DNA of 63,428 nucleotides, filler included, from Craspedostauros australis (taxonomy: Eukaryota), in assembly GCA_030167865.1 (NCBI GenBank). It is 14 parts of 14 records of this genome, joined end to end, with 100 filler letters (N's around TTAATTAATTAA, not from the genome) between each part and the next. Parts side by side here need not be neighbours in the genome. Positions count along the whole stretch, not along the records: positions 10,755 to 39,021 come from JALAGF010000938.1; 13 more parts are not named here. One strand, given 5' to 3'. The first letter of the stretch is position 1. Each line of letters begins with the position of its first letter. Both the position numbers and the translations under genes were made by a program. A model generated the notes under the pieces. That model was not told where the DNA came from, did no database searches, and saw only the letters and a list, made by a program, of their open reading frames with translations. Positions 22,659-35,600 of the stretch are shown piece by piece.

Positions 22659-25600
22659 CTACAAGTTGTAGTAGTTCCATGGCCTGGGACCCAGGACTCG
22701 CACGCGGCCTTGCTTGGTGCCATACACGAGCCCATAACCGGAATCAGGGTGGAACCGAGCGATGTTGACATCGTCGTGCTCGCTCAGCATGGTGGAGATG
22801 TGCGTCATGCCGCCGCGGATGCGATACAGGGAGGCGGCAGGGTGATAGGATCCGTGGTTGTTGGAGACGGTGTCCCGAATTCCGTACCCGATGAGGCAGA
22901 AATCTGTCGACGGTGAGAACTTAACGCACGTGACGGCCCTTGACTTCTTGCCATCCAGCGGACATGCCTCCAATAACTGTCCCAGTCGCGGCCTGTATCC
23001 CTGCGCGACAGCCTCGAGATTGCGACGCCCGGGCGCCACCAAACCGTTTGGCTTGATGATCGGTGCAATGTCCAAGCTCACGGTAGCAACATGAGGGACG
23101 TACCGCCCATTCTGGTGCGACATTTGGGCTGCTGGGCTGTTGCCGATGGTTACCATGGAAAGCGGATGCGGCATCCGATTCGCCGTTGCGCCTCCTGTCG
23201 GCGGCATTGGCAGCGGGTGGCTGGGAGGCCGTGTGCTTTGCGTGTTGGTTGGAATGCTCTGCTGCATAGTGCTAGATGTGCCATTCCTCGCACCGTTGAG
23301 TGCGCCCCCACTGCGCGCATGCCCTTGATTCGCGGGTGCATGCGGGTTACCATTCCCGTTCGTTGCTGCATTGGACCTCGCGCCGGTACTGCCGGTACTG
23401 CCGCCATTGCGACTATTGCTGTTGCTGGTATTCCCGTTGTTGGTGCGCAACGTCGCCAATCCACCTGCGAATCGTCGACCAGGCGGAGATGGAGGCGAAA
23501 GAGCAATGCGTGATCGCCCTGGTGGTGGAGTTCGCGGTGTCAATGGGGCGGCTGGACGCGATCGATCACCACCACCAGCAGCAGCAGTCCCATTCGCGTT
23601 TGCACCAGCATTTGCATTCATCCCTCTCTCTGTTGCGCTCGGCGTACTGACGCGGATAGATGATCCCCTTCGTGTGTTCTTTGGTGATGAGGCGTTTCGC
23701 GGGACACTATTCGGCCACGCCGTGCTCATCTGCTGGTCGTCAGCATCCGCCATTTCCCCCGTCCCATTGCCTCTGTTCGACGCTTCGGTTTCGGCCGTCT
23801 CGATCTCCTGCAGGAACTCTGCTTCCTTCATCTGCGCCAGCTCCATGACATTCTCGACACCGTGCGGTAGCCAATACTCTGCACAGGCGCAGAGTGTCTT
23901 GCCGTCCGGTGATACATCGAAACCACCGTCGTTGTACAACAGAACTCGAGGAATCACAGTTCGGCCCTGCGTATGTATGTAGATATGCGCATGTGTGTGG
24001 AAGCGTGTGTGTGGAAGCGTGTGCGTGTATAAGAAGAGCACAAGACAAGACAAAAGGAAACGTGAGGAAAGGGCATTTCATCACACGCCAATGATGTCAT
24101 TCCAAGCCATTCACAATGCAATTCACAATGCAGTGGAAATAAGAGAGCATGACTCACGTTGCTGATGATGCGACGTCCAGACGAAGCTCCTTGAGGCGGG
24201 TTGTGCGCGAGGTCGACATCGAAGTCCCAGAGACGCAGGTAGAAGCTCATTGCGTTGGCCGGCATACCGCCTTGCAGCTGCGGTATATCCTCCTCACGCG
24301 GGTTGACACCTCCCACGATGATGGACTTGCCGTCGGGCAGGAAGTGGACGCAGCGCAGCATGTGACGTTGATCGGATTTGGTGAGGACGCCCTGCGTGCT
24401 TCGATACTGCTGGCCGTTGTTTCTGTTTTGGGGTGTCGAAGAGGATGTGGTGGATGCAAGCGCCGATGATGAGCCCGTCCTGCCCTGGTCTTGTGCGTTT
24501 GCACGCGTCTGTGCTTGCGAGTTGGAATGCGAGTTTGAGGATGGTGATGACGAGTGCGTTGGGCGGTCGCGTGAGTTGAATGCCCAGAAGTGTATGTTGT
24601 TGCTGTTGGCAATCGCGAGGATGTTGCCCTCGGGGTGGAAGCTGAGACTGATGATGGCCGACTGGAGGAAGAGGAAGTTGATGCACTTGGATCCCTCGGC
24701 TTTCCAATTCCAGATGATGATCTGGTGGCCAAGACAGCCGCTGGCAAGGATGTTTGGATCGGTGGGATGGTACTTGACGGTCCACGGTGTTCTGGGGTGT
24801 CCAGTGAGGGTCTCGAGGAGGTTGCCGGTGACGCAGCAGGTGATTTTAACAGTGTGGTCGCCGTGCGTGGAGGCCATCGTTTTGGAGTCCGGCGAGAATG
24901 CGATGGAGATGGTGCTGACCGCGGCGGAGGAGGACGGTGCCTGATCGTGGTTGCTGCTCTGACCTCCCCTCATGTTGTCGTAGTGCCTCCGGATGTCTTC
25001 GCCACCGAGGTGATTGAAATAGGTGGAGTGGTACTTGGTGACGCAATGGTACTCGCTGAACGTGCGCAGCTCATTGGATATCCTCATGGGGTAGGAAACG
25101 CGGCGCGGGGGTACGTTGTGCATGTGATGGATGCCATTTGTGGTTCGATTGGTGGTAGTGGCGGTGGTGCCGCCGTTAGAGTTGGCACCGGCATTAAATT
25201 GCAAGTGCGCCGTATTTGGTTGTGGTCGCAGCGCTGAAGCGGATGTGTATGCAGATGTGGACGATCCTTTCCACCAACTTCCAATGACACCGCCCGCCGG
25301 TCTGATGGGCCTTCTCCCGAGCGCAGGAGACGAGGAGAGAGTTGGAGGCGTCGACAGAGACATTGGCATGGGCGTTGTCGTAGACGTGGTTGTGGCCGTT
25401 TCTGTGGCCGTTTCTGCGCCTGATGGAGTATCTGCTGAAGGAGACATTGAGTTGCACTGATGCCCTGGACTGGCATTGTTGCCACCAGTAGCAGCACTTG
25501 TAGTAGCACTTGTAGAAGCACTTGTAGTAGCACTTGTAGTAGCACTTGTAGTAGCACTTGTAATACCACTTGTAATACCACCAGTGATAACTGCCTCTAT

Positions 25601-26047
25601 CCGCCTCTGCTTTTTGTTGCGCTCCTTGAGAGCCAGATTGGAGAGACCGACGTTCATCTCGACCGCGCTCTTGGGACTTCTGGTGTACTCCGGTGGCTCC
25701 TTCGGCTCCACCATGAGCGCGCGACGCTGACGCAGCACAAGACGGCTGGCCCCCCTGCACTCGCGATCCCTGAGCACGAAGCAGACGTTGCGTCCCGTGT
25801 CCCTCATGCCTCCGTGCTTGTGGATGCGCCGCTGGTTGAGCGTCTCGATCTGAATGTTCCTGCGCAGGAAGCTGCGTCGCTTGATGGTCTCCCTTGTCGG
25901 TCTGTGGCTCACCGCGGTGTCAATGGTGTCCTTCGCGTCGCTGTCGCCGTGATCGTCGCCATTCTCGTCGCTGCGGATGCGAGCATGGTTGTGTCTTCTG
26001 TGCAGGTTCCAGAACAGCTTCTGCTGCTGTTGGTTGTTAGAAGTCAT
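22659..26047 (-). CDS. AMBRA1: AMBRA1-like split WD40 protein, 2 exons (26047-24158, 23966-22659)
   Basis: N-terminal ISIAFSPD..MASTHGDHTVKI, LTGHPRTPWTVKYHP, LASGCLG and IISLSFHP. C-terminal FDVSPDG..LCAC, TCVKFSPS and NIARFHP..G.GLVYGTKQG. The phase-0 GTGAGT..GCAG intron 23967-24157 joins RIISN to GRTVIPR. Confidence 0.85.
25488..25585. repeat. 12-bp coding tandem repeat (AGCACTTGTAGT) encoding TSAT units in the AMBRA1-like gene
   Basis: About 7-8 near-perfect copies. Confidence 0.9.
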
Positions 26048-27024
26048 CGTTCTTCTTTCTTTCTGCTATAGCTGCTATAGCTGCTGCTGTTGTTGCTGTT
26101 GGTATTGTTGGTATTGTTGCTGTTGGACTTAACTGCGACCCACTCTGCCTATGCCTATGCCTACACCTTTGGGGGGTCGATGTTGGCGTTGGTCACAACC
26201 AAAGTCACAAGCACAGAGTTTGGCGCGCTTCGAGTCTCCTTCCGTTTCCGCCCAAATTACTGCGTACTCGTAACACGACTGTCTCCTTCTCCGGTCGGCA
26301 ATGTCACTGTCTCTTGTGTCGACTATGAGTGTCGACTATGAGTGTAGAGAGAGGATGATGCAAGCACGGCACGAACTACTCTGCAGTTCCTTCACAATAA
26401 AGAGTAGTCGACGAGGATGGCACCTGCACGAGCTATTGTACCACACGCAAAGCCAAGTTGTGCGCCTATTGCCGACTACTATGCCTGATGTTGTGTGTGT
26501 GTTGCTGCCTGCGGCGATACCATGCGATGTGATGAACCGCAGTTCGGCTTGCCACCACCAAAACACACCACGCAGAAATTGCAACAAGGCGAACAACCAA
26601 CCACAACACACGAAAACACTCACACTCACACTCACACGCTGCGACTCGTTGTTGGTGGCTTTGGTGGTTCGAGTTCCCTGTTCTTCCAATCTGCTCCGGA
26701 GTGTCGATGTCCATGACTCGTGACTGGTTGATGCCGTGTTTAGAGTCTGTGCGGTCACTGAACACTCGAGAAATCAGACATACTTACAGATGGTTCTTCA
26801 CTTCGTTCTTTGCCTTCTTCTTCGCTCGAATTTGACACGCGTGATTCAATGATCATCTCAATCACGATGAGATCCTGTTCTTCGTCTTCTCCTCTTTCCT
26901 CGTTCTTCGGCACAACAAAAGCAAAACAACATGCAACACAACAAGAGGGACGCACCACTTCCACACTGCCGCACTTCCAATACCAAAAGATCTCACCCTT
27001 CCTCTCTGGACAAACGATCTGACC

Positions 27025-28191
27025 ATGAGACTGCGGTGTCTTGCGTTGTCATGGGTGCTTTCCGAGGCAGCTGCCATCAGTCCGCACCATGTTAGTGGCT
27101 TGCGGCGACCGACAGCGGCATTCGTCGGTGCGTCCGGATGGGCTGGATCTTTCTTGCGTTCGGGAGGTCGTGAGGACATGAGTACTGCCACCAGCGACAA
27201 CATCAGCAATAGCAGTAGCAATAGCAGCAGCAACAACAGTAATAGCAACGCTGCGCTGCTGCAAACGCTGAAAGCCGAAAAGGCCAAGGCCGTCGAGGTG
27301 GAGGACTATCTGCTGGCAGCGAAGTTGAAGGATCAGATTGAGGCGCTGGATGATGGAAGTACCCAGCGCGGCATCCGCCTCTTCCTTCACGACGCCGTCC
27401 CATTGCATTCGGGAGACTGGAGGTTCCCGCCGATGCAGGAAGTCCCATGCGCATTGAAGGGCGTCCCGCAGCTCACCAAGATCATCAAACCTCCGGACGC
27501 CGACACGCTGTGGCAGTGGTACGAGGAGTGCAAGAATCTGGACGCCGATCCATCGTGGGCCGAGCTGTGGCCGTCGGCCTCGTCGTTGGCCGTGGCGTTG
27601 CAGGAGCGGCGCGAAATGGTGCAGGGCCGCCGCGTCATGGAGCTGGGTGCTGGTCTGGGTCTCGTCGGCGTGGTGGCGGCCTGCGTGGGTGCCTCCAATG
27701 TCACGTTGATGGACCGGGAACCGTACGCCTTGCATTGCGCCATGAGCACAGCGCATCTGGCCGAGGTGGAAGATCGGGTGCAGGCGGCGGTTGTGGATTG
27801 GTCGACGCGGGAGTTCGAGGAGCGGTACGCCGGATCCGCGGATTGTGTGGTGGCATCGGACGTGCTGTACGATCCCAACACCGTGGAGTCCTTGGCCCGT
27901 ATGATCGCGATGTTGCTGTTGCCGACGGGAAGAGAGAATGGAGGCAGCGCTGATAGTAGCGACACCACCGACAACAGCAAGAACAGCAGCGACAACACCA
28001 GGAAGCTGTGGCTGACCGATCCAAAGGCTGAAAGAGTTGCCGGATTGCAGAAGAAGTTCGTCGCAGCGCTGGAATCAGAAGGCGCGAGTGTGACAGTGAC
28101 AGAACTGACGCCAACAACAGTGCACGCGGCCTGCTATTCAGAAGAATGCAAGGGAGAGACTGTGCTGATCGAGGCAACATGGAAATGTTAA
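27025..28191 (+). CDS. Protein-lysine methyltransferase (METTL21/Methyltransf_16) with a UVR coiled-coil motif and an N-terminal targeting sequence
   Basis: UVR-like KAKAVEVEDYLLAAKLKDQIEAL, then WAELWPSA..LA, VMELGAGLGLVG, TLMDRE, VVDW and VVASDVLYD. Confidence 0.88.
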   Translation: MRLRCLALSWVLSEAAAISPHHVSGLRRPTAAFVGASGWAGSFLRSGGREDMSTATSDNISNSSSNSSSNNSNSNAALLQTLKAEKAKAVEVEDYLLAAKLKDQIEALDDGSTQRGIRLFLHDAVPLHSGDWRFPPMQEVPCALKGVPQLTKIIKPPDADTLWQWYEECKNLDADPSWAELWPSASSLAVALQERREMVQGRRVMELGAGLGLVGVVAACVGASNVTLMDREPYALHCAMSTAHLAEVEDRVQAAVVDWSTREFEERYAGSADCVVASDVLYDPNTVESLARMIAMLLLPTGRENGGSADSSDTTDNSKNSSDNTRKLWLTDPKAERVAGLQKKFVAALESEGASVTVTELTPTTVHAACYSEECKGETVLIEATWKC

Positions 28192-28954
28192 GCTCAACAA
28201 AACCAGAATAGTACTCGAGAGTCAAGATTGTACAAATGCGATTTTTCTGAGGCACTGGGACTATTGACAGAGAACTGCGCTCGACAACTACCCAGCTGTT
28301 GTTCATTTTCTCCCTCCTCCTACTTGAACACTCTACTTTCAAAAAGTGCGATGCTCTACGATCCATTATACCATATGCCATGCTCCATGAGTTCGGTCGT
28401 CTGGGATCCATCCACTCCCTTTCCTCCAGTACGTAAGTTCAGCAAGTCCATCTCCGCCTATTTGTTCATAGCCTTCCCAAACAAAGATAGAGAGAAGCGC
28501 TTGGTTGGAGTCGTGCACACGCGGGATTGTCGAACGGAGACGTACGCCAATGAAAGTCGTGCTTGCGCGTTCCAACGTGCCAAATATCTAAGTACTCACG
28601 GCAACGATCTCGCACGCGTTAAGGTATCTGCGTTTCAACGGATCGTGCGCGATGTCGTCCGACAATATTCCTAGCGTGTATATGGGATCGGGGACGAATT
28701 TATAAACTATTTACAGACTTCATAGTTGTGTTGACGCTAGGTGTACATCATGTGCACATGCGACATGTTTTGATAGGAGTGGATAACGGGCGCTTGTGCG
28801 CACCTACAGGAGTGCGCAAGGTTGTTGTTGATGGGCAAGAAGCAAACAGCATGGATGGCGATCGAATGAGAGCAAGAACCGAGAATGGTGGTTGGAAGAA
28901 ACGGAAGCAACCAGCAACGCCTGCCACCAACCACGACCATTTGCAGGATTCATG

Positions 28955-28981
28955 GTTGTTGTTGTTGTTGTTGTTGTTGTT
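28955..28981. repeat. (GTT)9 microsatellite
   Basis: Read directly from the sequence. Confidence 0.95.
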
Positions 28982-29204
28982 GCTGTCATCATTGCCATCG
29001 CTATCACCATTGATTGGTATCAACAGCAACAGCAACAGCATCGACAGTTGTTGCATCAAAGTGGAGTCGAACCGAGGTCGGTTTGTGCAGAGTTTGTTCA
29101 GCTGGGATTCACCAAGAAGACGAACTCGACCACAATCACAATCACAATCAGAACAACAACAACAACAACAGCTCGAATACAAACACGAACTCATCCATCA
29201 GCTA

Positions 29205-29255
29205 CGACTATACTGCCGACTATACTGCCGACTGTACAATCGACTATACTGCCGG
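29205..29255. repeat. 12-bp tandem repeat CGACTATACTGC x ~4 (imperfect)
   Basis: Read directly from the sequence; lies upstream of the 2037-aa gene. Confidence 0.8.
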
Positions 29256-29673
29256 CTGCGCTATCGACGGCACCAACTACATTGGATGCCACCACAATCA
29301 GGTTGCAAGTATAATACATTATATATAATATAATAGATACCTGTGCTGGCCCATCCACAGCAGAACATAGCAGATCAGCAGAAGCAAGACACAATCAAGT
29401 TGCTGCCGCTGTCTCTGCCAACAGAGAGGAGTAGGTAGAGCACTCTCCGATCTGCTTTGTTGAGTTTCACAGGCAGAAGCTGCTCCAAAATCTCCTCATT
29501 TCAAATCAAAAGTCACCGGCCGCAGAGCAGATCGATTGCTTTTCATTGACTCTTCGCACAACTCCTCACAACTTCTCCGGGAGGCTGCTTCACACGTCAT
29601 CACGAGCACTCGCTCCATCTGACACCACCAAAGCAAGCTCAGCAGCAGACTAAGTCGCAGACGAATTCACAAC

Positions 29674-32600
29674 ATGGTTAACATTCTGAGGAGGAGACGT
29701 CGCAAGGCACAAAATGTGAAGGTCCAACCAGACACAGAAGAAGACTTCAATGGCTCCCACAACATCAACACCAACGCCAACATCAACACCAACGGCATGG
29801 AATACGAAGGAGACTCTCCTCATGCAGAACCCGCAACTGTCAGCGACGACGAAATGGATGTAGAGCCATCGGATGTCCCCGATGTGGCCGTCATCTCGGA
29901 GTCCTCCAGCTTCGAAGATGGTGACCTCCCCAGCCTCACTCCCAAGGGATCCAACCTTTCCCAGTCACACTCGCACTCTCAGCCATCGGGACCCAAAGGA
30001 GGTCGTCTCATCAACGGCCAACGCACAACGACGCGTCCTCTGTCTCCACCCAGTCTGGCTGGACTGCCTTCGCATTCCTCCGATGCCGATCATGCCAACA
30101 ATGCCACCGCAGCTCACAACTCTCCCAACACTCCAGGCACCGCTACCACCACAGCCACGGCCACCACCGCAGCCACGGCCACGAGGAACGGGATCGATCA
30201 CGCCAGCGACAACAACATCAACAACGACAACTACGACTTCAACTTCCCGCACACCGAGATCGAAGGCGATGACATGCCGGATGATGAACTCATGTCGCGC
30301 TCGCCCCGGCGTCGCTTGATGGACGATCGTTCCAAGCAGGATGATGAGACCTACGTCTCCGGAGACTCGTCGGGATACCGCGCCATGGCCGGCGGCTTGC
30401 CAGACTCCGATGGTCTCTGCGAATCCACCATCAACGCCTTCCAGAACATCTGCAACGGAAGCACGGCCCAAACCACCTCGCCCGCCCGTGCTGCGAGACC
30501 CAGTCTGGGCGATCCAGAGGAGGACGAGGACATACACAGGGAGAGCCGTTACAAACTGCCCGCATCCGCCACCATGGACGTTCCCTTGGGAGCGGAGGAG
30601 CAGACCGCCATCGAGGTCGAGTACGTCGATCCGCGTGGTTTGGCGCCGAACAACGCGGAACCAGCGATCCAGGCACCTGCGGGATTTACGCCGCAACGCA
30701 AGAACGCCTACCTCGCCGCCATGGCGCAGAAGGCGCGTGAAGACTACTCCAAGTCCAATGCTGCAACTGGCAAATCGCGTTCTGCGGCATCATCACCACC
30801 AGAAGCCACGCCGTTCGCAGCTTCGACGATCGCGGGATCCTCCGGCTTCCCGTCCGTCGATGAGGAGGAGGCCGCCATGCAGGAGAATTTGTACGGCACC
30901 TTCAGCGCGGCGGAGAAGCGAAAGTTCCTCAGGCTCATCAACAGCGGTCTCACGCCAGCAAACAGCACGCAGCAGGTCATAGATGAGCGTCAGCATGGCG
31001 TCGAGGAGGATCCGCTCTCACCGCGATCCGATTACGGCATGTCATCGCCACGATCTCTCGCCAGCAACAAGAAAGAACAGGCACCGCATGTGCAGCGACA
31101 CCTGCAGCTTCCCTCGATGGAACCCGAGTTGACCAAGTCGCCACGTTCTGCAGCAGACGACAAGCAGAAACCGTCCAGCGAATTTGCACCCAGCGGTATC
31201 ACCTACTACGATGCAGTGCGCAAGGAGCGTTCCTTTGACGTATCGGCCGAAGAGGAGGACGAGGATCAGCAGACCAAGAAGCCACGCAAGGGACTTCTGG
31301 GTATCTTTGGTCGTGGCAGGACGGAGGAGAAGAAGAACGACTTCGCACCCCTCCAGGAACAGGCCAGCGAGGATTCTTTGGACAATGTCATGGGCAAACC
31401 GGTCTCCCCGCGTCCCAACGATGAACAGACGACCACCATTTCGCATCCGGTCTCGCCTCTCACACCATCCACGCCCAGCAAGCTCGACAAGGATAATGAC
31501 AATGATAACGCCAACGCCGACGCCGACAACAAAAACGATGATGGTATGGACACGGATGACGATATCGGCGACTTTGATGGCGCTGGATTGGAGATGCCCG
31601 CGCTTCGCGAACCACCACCAAGCCCGCCTTCCGCGTCACCGCCCCTCTCGTCGGAAGAAAAGGAGGACGAATCGGATCACGCGGAGGAAGACGAATCATA
31701 CGGCGAGGTTGATGGACGCGTCGCGAATGACCCTGCGCCCGTTTCGCGTTCCACGGCACAGCAACCTGCCGTCATGGTCACGCCAGATGAAAAGGTGGCA
31801 TCACCAGCGATGCAATCTGCAGATGCATTCCTGGCACGGGTCGCTGCGGAAGAAACGCAGCCAATCGGAATGCCAAAGAGTCCGGCACAACAACAGCAAC
31901 AGCAATCGCGTCATAAGGAGGAGCTGGGAACCGCGCAGGTCGAATTGGAGAGCAAGCTCGATTTGGACATTGAAACCTACATGAACTCCACGGACATGTT
32001 CTCCACCATGGGAGGCAGCACTGTTGGTGGAGGTGGACGCACCATCAGATCCAGCGACCAGTCCGTCATGAGCTACAGAACGACGGGCACTGCGATGACC
32101 ACCAACACCGTCTCCACGCGCGTGCGTCGTCCCGGTGCGGCAAAGACGCGAATGGCGAGCACCAGGAGCGTCTCCGCGGCCACAAAGCCGACAGACGCTC
32201 CCGTAGTCAGAAAGAAGACCGGTTGGCATGAAACCATGAAGGCGGCAGCCGCCAACACCAACCGGCAATGGTACCCTCAGCTTGGATGGGTCGATTACAC
32301 GAATCCGGATGATACCTTGACCTCACAGCCCGTGGATCCACCATCCACCGAAAAGCTACACATCAATCTCGATCTCAAGTCGAAGCGCACACGTGAGGCG
32401 GAGCTCGCGCGTCAACAGCAGGAGGAGGAGGAACAGGCCGAGGCAGTCGAAGTCCCTTTCCCTGCCAACTGGGCCAAGGAACGCAGCGAGATGTTGCTGC
32501 CCACCCAGGCCCGCCTGCAGGCAGCGATCAAGGCCAATGGTGGCAGTATGGAACAAGCGCGATCCGTAAACACGAGCGTTGCCAGCAGGAGCGTTGCCAG

Positions 32601-35600
32601 CAGGAGCGTCATCATCAGCAGCAACGAAAATGATCCCTTGTCGCCGTTCACGCCAGAAGAGCTGAAGATGCTGCCAGAAGAGGAATTGCCGGTTCCGTTG
32701 CTGCAAAGGCCTCTCACACCGCAACGTTCTCACGCGCACCACGCACGCCGCGTTCCACCGCAACGGCGTACCATCGAGTCCTCGCAACGCAGTCCATCGC
32801 GCAATCGTGGATGGGTGGAGAGCATGAAGGCAGCGACGGCGAACTTGAAGTCGGAGAATGGTGCGAAGTGGGATCCGGATCTCGGATGGCTGGGCCTGCA
32901 GAAGGAGGAAAACGAGACCGTGGATTTGGGTATGGGCGCCGTGCTTGCACCACAGACTGAACCAGAGCCGGCACAGTCGCAGTCTCGAACATTGCTCCGT
33001 CCCATTCCCATGAGAGCTGATAAGGCACACACCCAACCACCGCAAGCGATGGAGCAAGCACCCATGAAACCACGCGAGCTGTATCAAGATCAAAATCGTG
33101 ATCAACGTCAACATGAACTCAAGTCGGTCAAGTCGATCGAATCTTCAGATCCAGTGCTCGCAACTCGGTCTTATGATTTTGGCATGCAGATGGATGCCGA
33201 ACCACAATCGCATACAGAACTGGTGCAACCACCTGTCGAACAGCAGCAGCAGCAGCGAATGGACCCGCCAGCTGATGTTGCACCTACCGAAACGGTTGCA
33301 GCGGAAGCAGCAGCAGCATCGGCAGCAACTGCATTGGCAGAGAAGGAAATCGTCTCGCCGAAGCAATTCCTGCTGGATAACAAGGAGGATGTGATCATGG
33401 CCGTGCCACACACAAGGCAACAGGCAGGTGCGGATGCATTCGAAGAGCTTTCTTCCTTCCAGAAAACCGAATCGGTCGTGAACTCGGAACGAAAGCTGTC
33501 GAATCCTTTGACAGGGCATTCGCATCGGTCCGGTGGCAGCGGTCTTTCGTCAGATCGTAAGAAGGACGGTGTGTCACGGTACATCCAAATCGGTGACACG
33601 GGATCCGTGAAGAGCCATTACCACGTAGAGGGCAAGGACGTGACGCATGACATCAAGCAACAGCGCAAGCAGGAAAGCGCGACCTTCGATGCTTTTGCCA
33701 ACAAAACACGGGGTGCGCCAACTCGGCTGGAACAGCTCGATGAACGTTCCGAGCTCTCCTCCGTCATGGTTGACGTTGTGAAGGAGAAGGTGGATCCGGA
33801 CGAAGCTGGTATGTTCTCAACATCTGGCGCCTCGAAGGGCAAGAAGGCCAGCCGCTCCAATGGTGCCGCAGGACAACCAGTTCCCTCCTCCAACAACAGC
33901 TTCGATAATGGTACCGACTTTTCGTGGGATAATGATTCCTTCCTGACTGCAAACGTGGAACCATCCTCGACGAAGGAACAGGCCAAGACAGCACTGTCTC
34001 CATCGCAAGGAACACCGCAGAGCCCACTCTTGAATGGTGGATCACGGTCGGAACGTCGCAAGTCTCGAAGCAAGACGACAATGAGCGTGAAGGAACCAGT
34101 GATGAACTTGGGGAACGGCAAGTCGTTCGACACCACGTCGACCACAAGCAGATCCATCCCATTGTTGAGAGGACCAAAGCGCGACACTTCGCCCATTCGC
34201 AAACAACCCAAAGAGATCAGTGCCACCAACATCCAACAACGGCAGCAGCAAAAGCCGGTCGTAGATGTGGAGGCCGCGGCAACGAGCCAGGTGTTGATGA
34301 TGGCTCGTCAGAATCCCCCACCGCCACCACCGGCAGCGCCTTTGCGACCCGAACAGCCTCAAGGGCGAGCACCGCCGCCTCAGCAGGAGCAACGCATGGG
34401 CAGAAGTGCGCCAACGCATGGGCACGCCGACGATGACGCAAAGACTCATCACAGTAACGCATCCAGCGTTGTGAAGCTCCGTGCCCAGCAATGGGAGCTG
34501 CGTGCGACAAATTCCAACGACGAGGCCGACAAACTGGAGCCAGAGATCGCCGAAATTGCTGGCACCACCGAATGGAAGTCCTTCCTTCTGAAGAAAGCGC
34601 AGAAGGACACGGCCGCACTCGGTCCTGGGCAACAGCAATCAGCCACCGGGCTGAACGCCGAGAAGTTGAAGCAGCTGCATCAATCGACTCAAGGACCACG
34701 CAAATCGAAGGACAACGATTCCATCTTCGATTTTGCGGTCGGCAAGACCCCCACCCAAACGACTCGAGGTATGCCAATGAAGGCACCGGCACACGACAAA
34801 GCCCCTGATGAAGCATTCGAGGCTGTCTCTGATATCTCGCCCATCAAGGTCCGCGAGGAGTACGAGACGGTCGCCTCCGAATCCAGCACGGGGCAGCCGG
34901 GTGTGACTAGTTCTCTGTTGCAGCGCTTGCAAGCTTGTGCAGGCCCAATCCTACCACGGAGTATCAACAACAACGAAGATCCGAACTGCAACTCGGTGCC
35001 GATGGCGCATCTTGCATTCTTGCGGACCAATCCAGCCACGTCAAACAGCTACAGCTCTGGTCAGAACCTGGCACCGCCTAATTTCTGCGGACGTCCCGAT
35101 GTGATTATTGAGGGGGACGAGGATGACGACGAGAGGTACAATGATAGCAACGATGATGAGACCGATGACGACACCGAGATGGATTCGAGGATTTCTGCGC
35201 AACTGCGGGCAAGAGAGAAGCGATCTGCGTCTCGTTCCAGATCGAGGCCGAGAGCCGGCAGCCCCAGAAAGGCCAGCAGCGACATCAGCAGCGTCATCTC
35301 CGAAGAGATGGGAGGCACAACGGCGTACATTGAACGGATCGCCATGAAGGCGGCCGTTTCTGGATCAGGATCGAAGAAGAGCAGGCGCCGCGCCGCGCCA
35401 CCATCGGATGTGGGTTCCGCAACATCATCGCAGCACTCGGAGAAGTGGCAGCAATTCCTGGACCGCAAGGCAGCATCCGGACGCAGTATCAGCGGCTCTC
35501 GATCCAGCACGCACAGTGTCTCGAAGGCCGCCAAGATCTACACTTCAGGTAAGGTGGACGAGATGATGAACCGCATGCGGTCGAAGTCCGCGCCCAGAAC

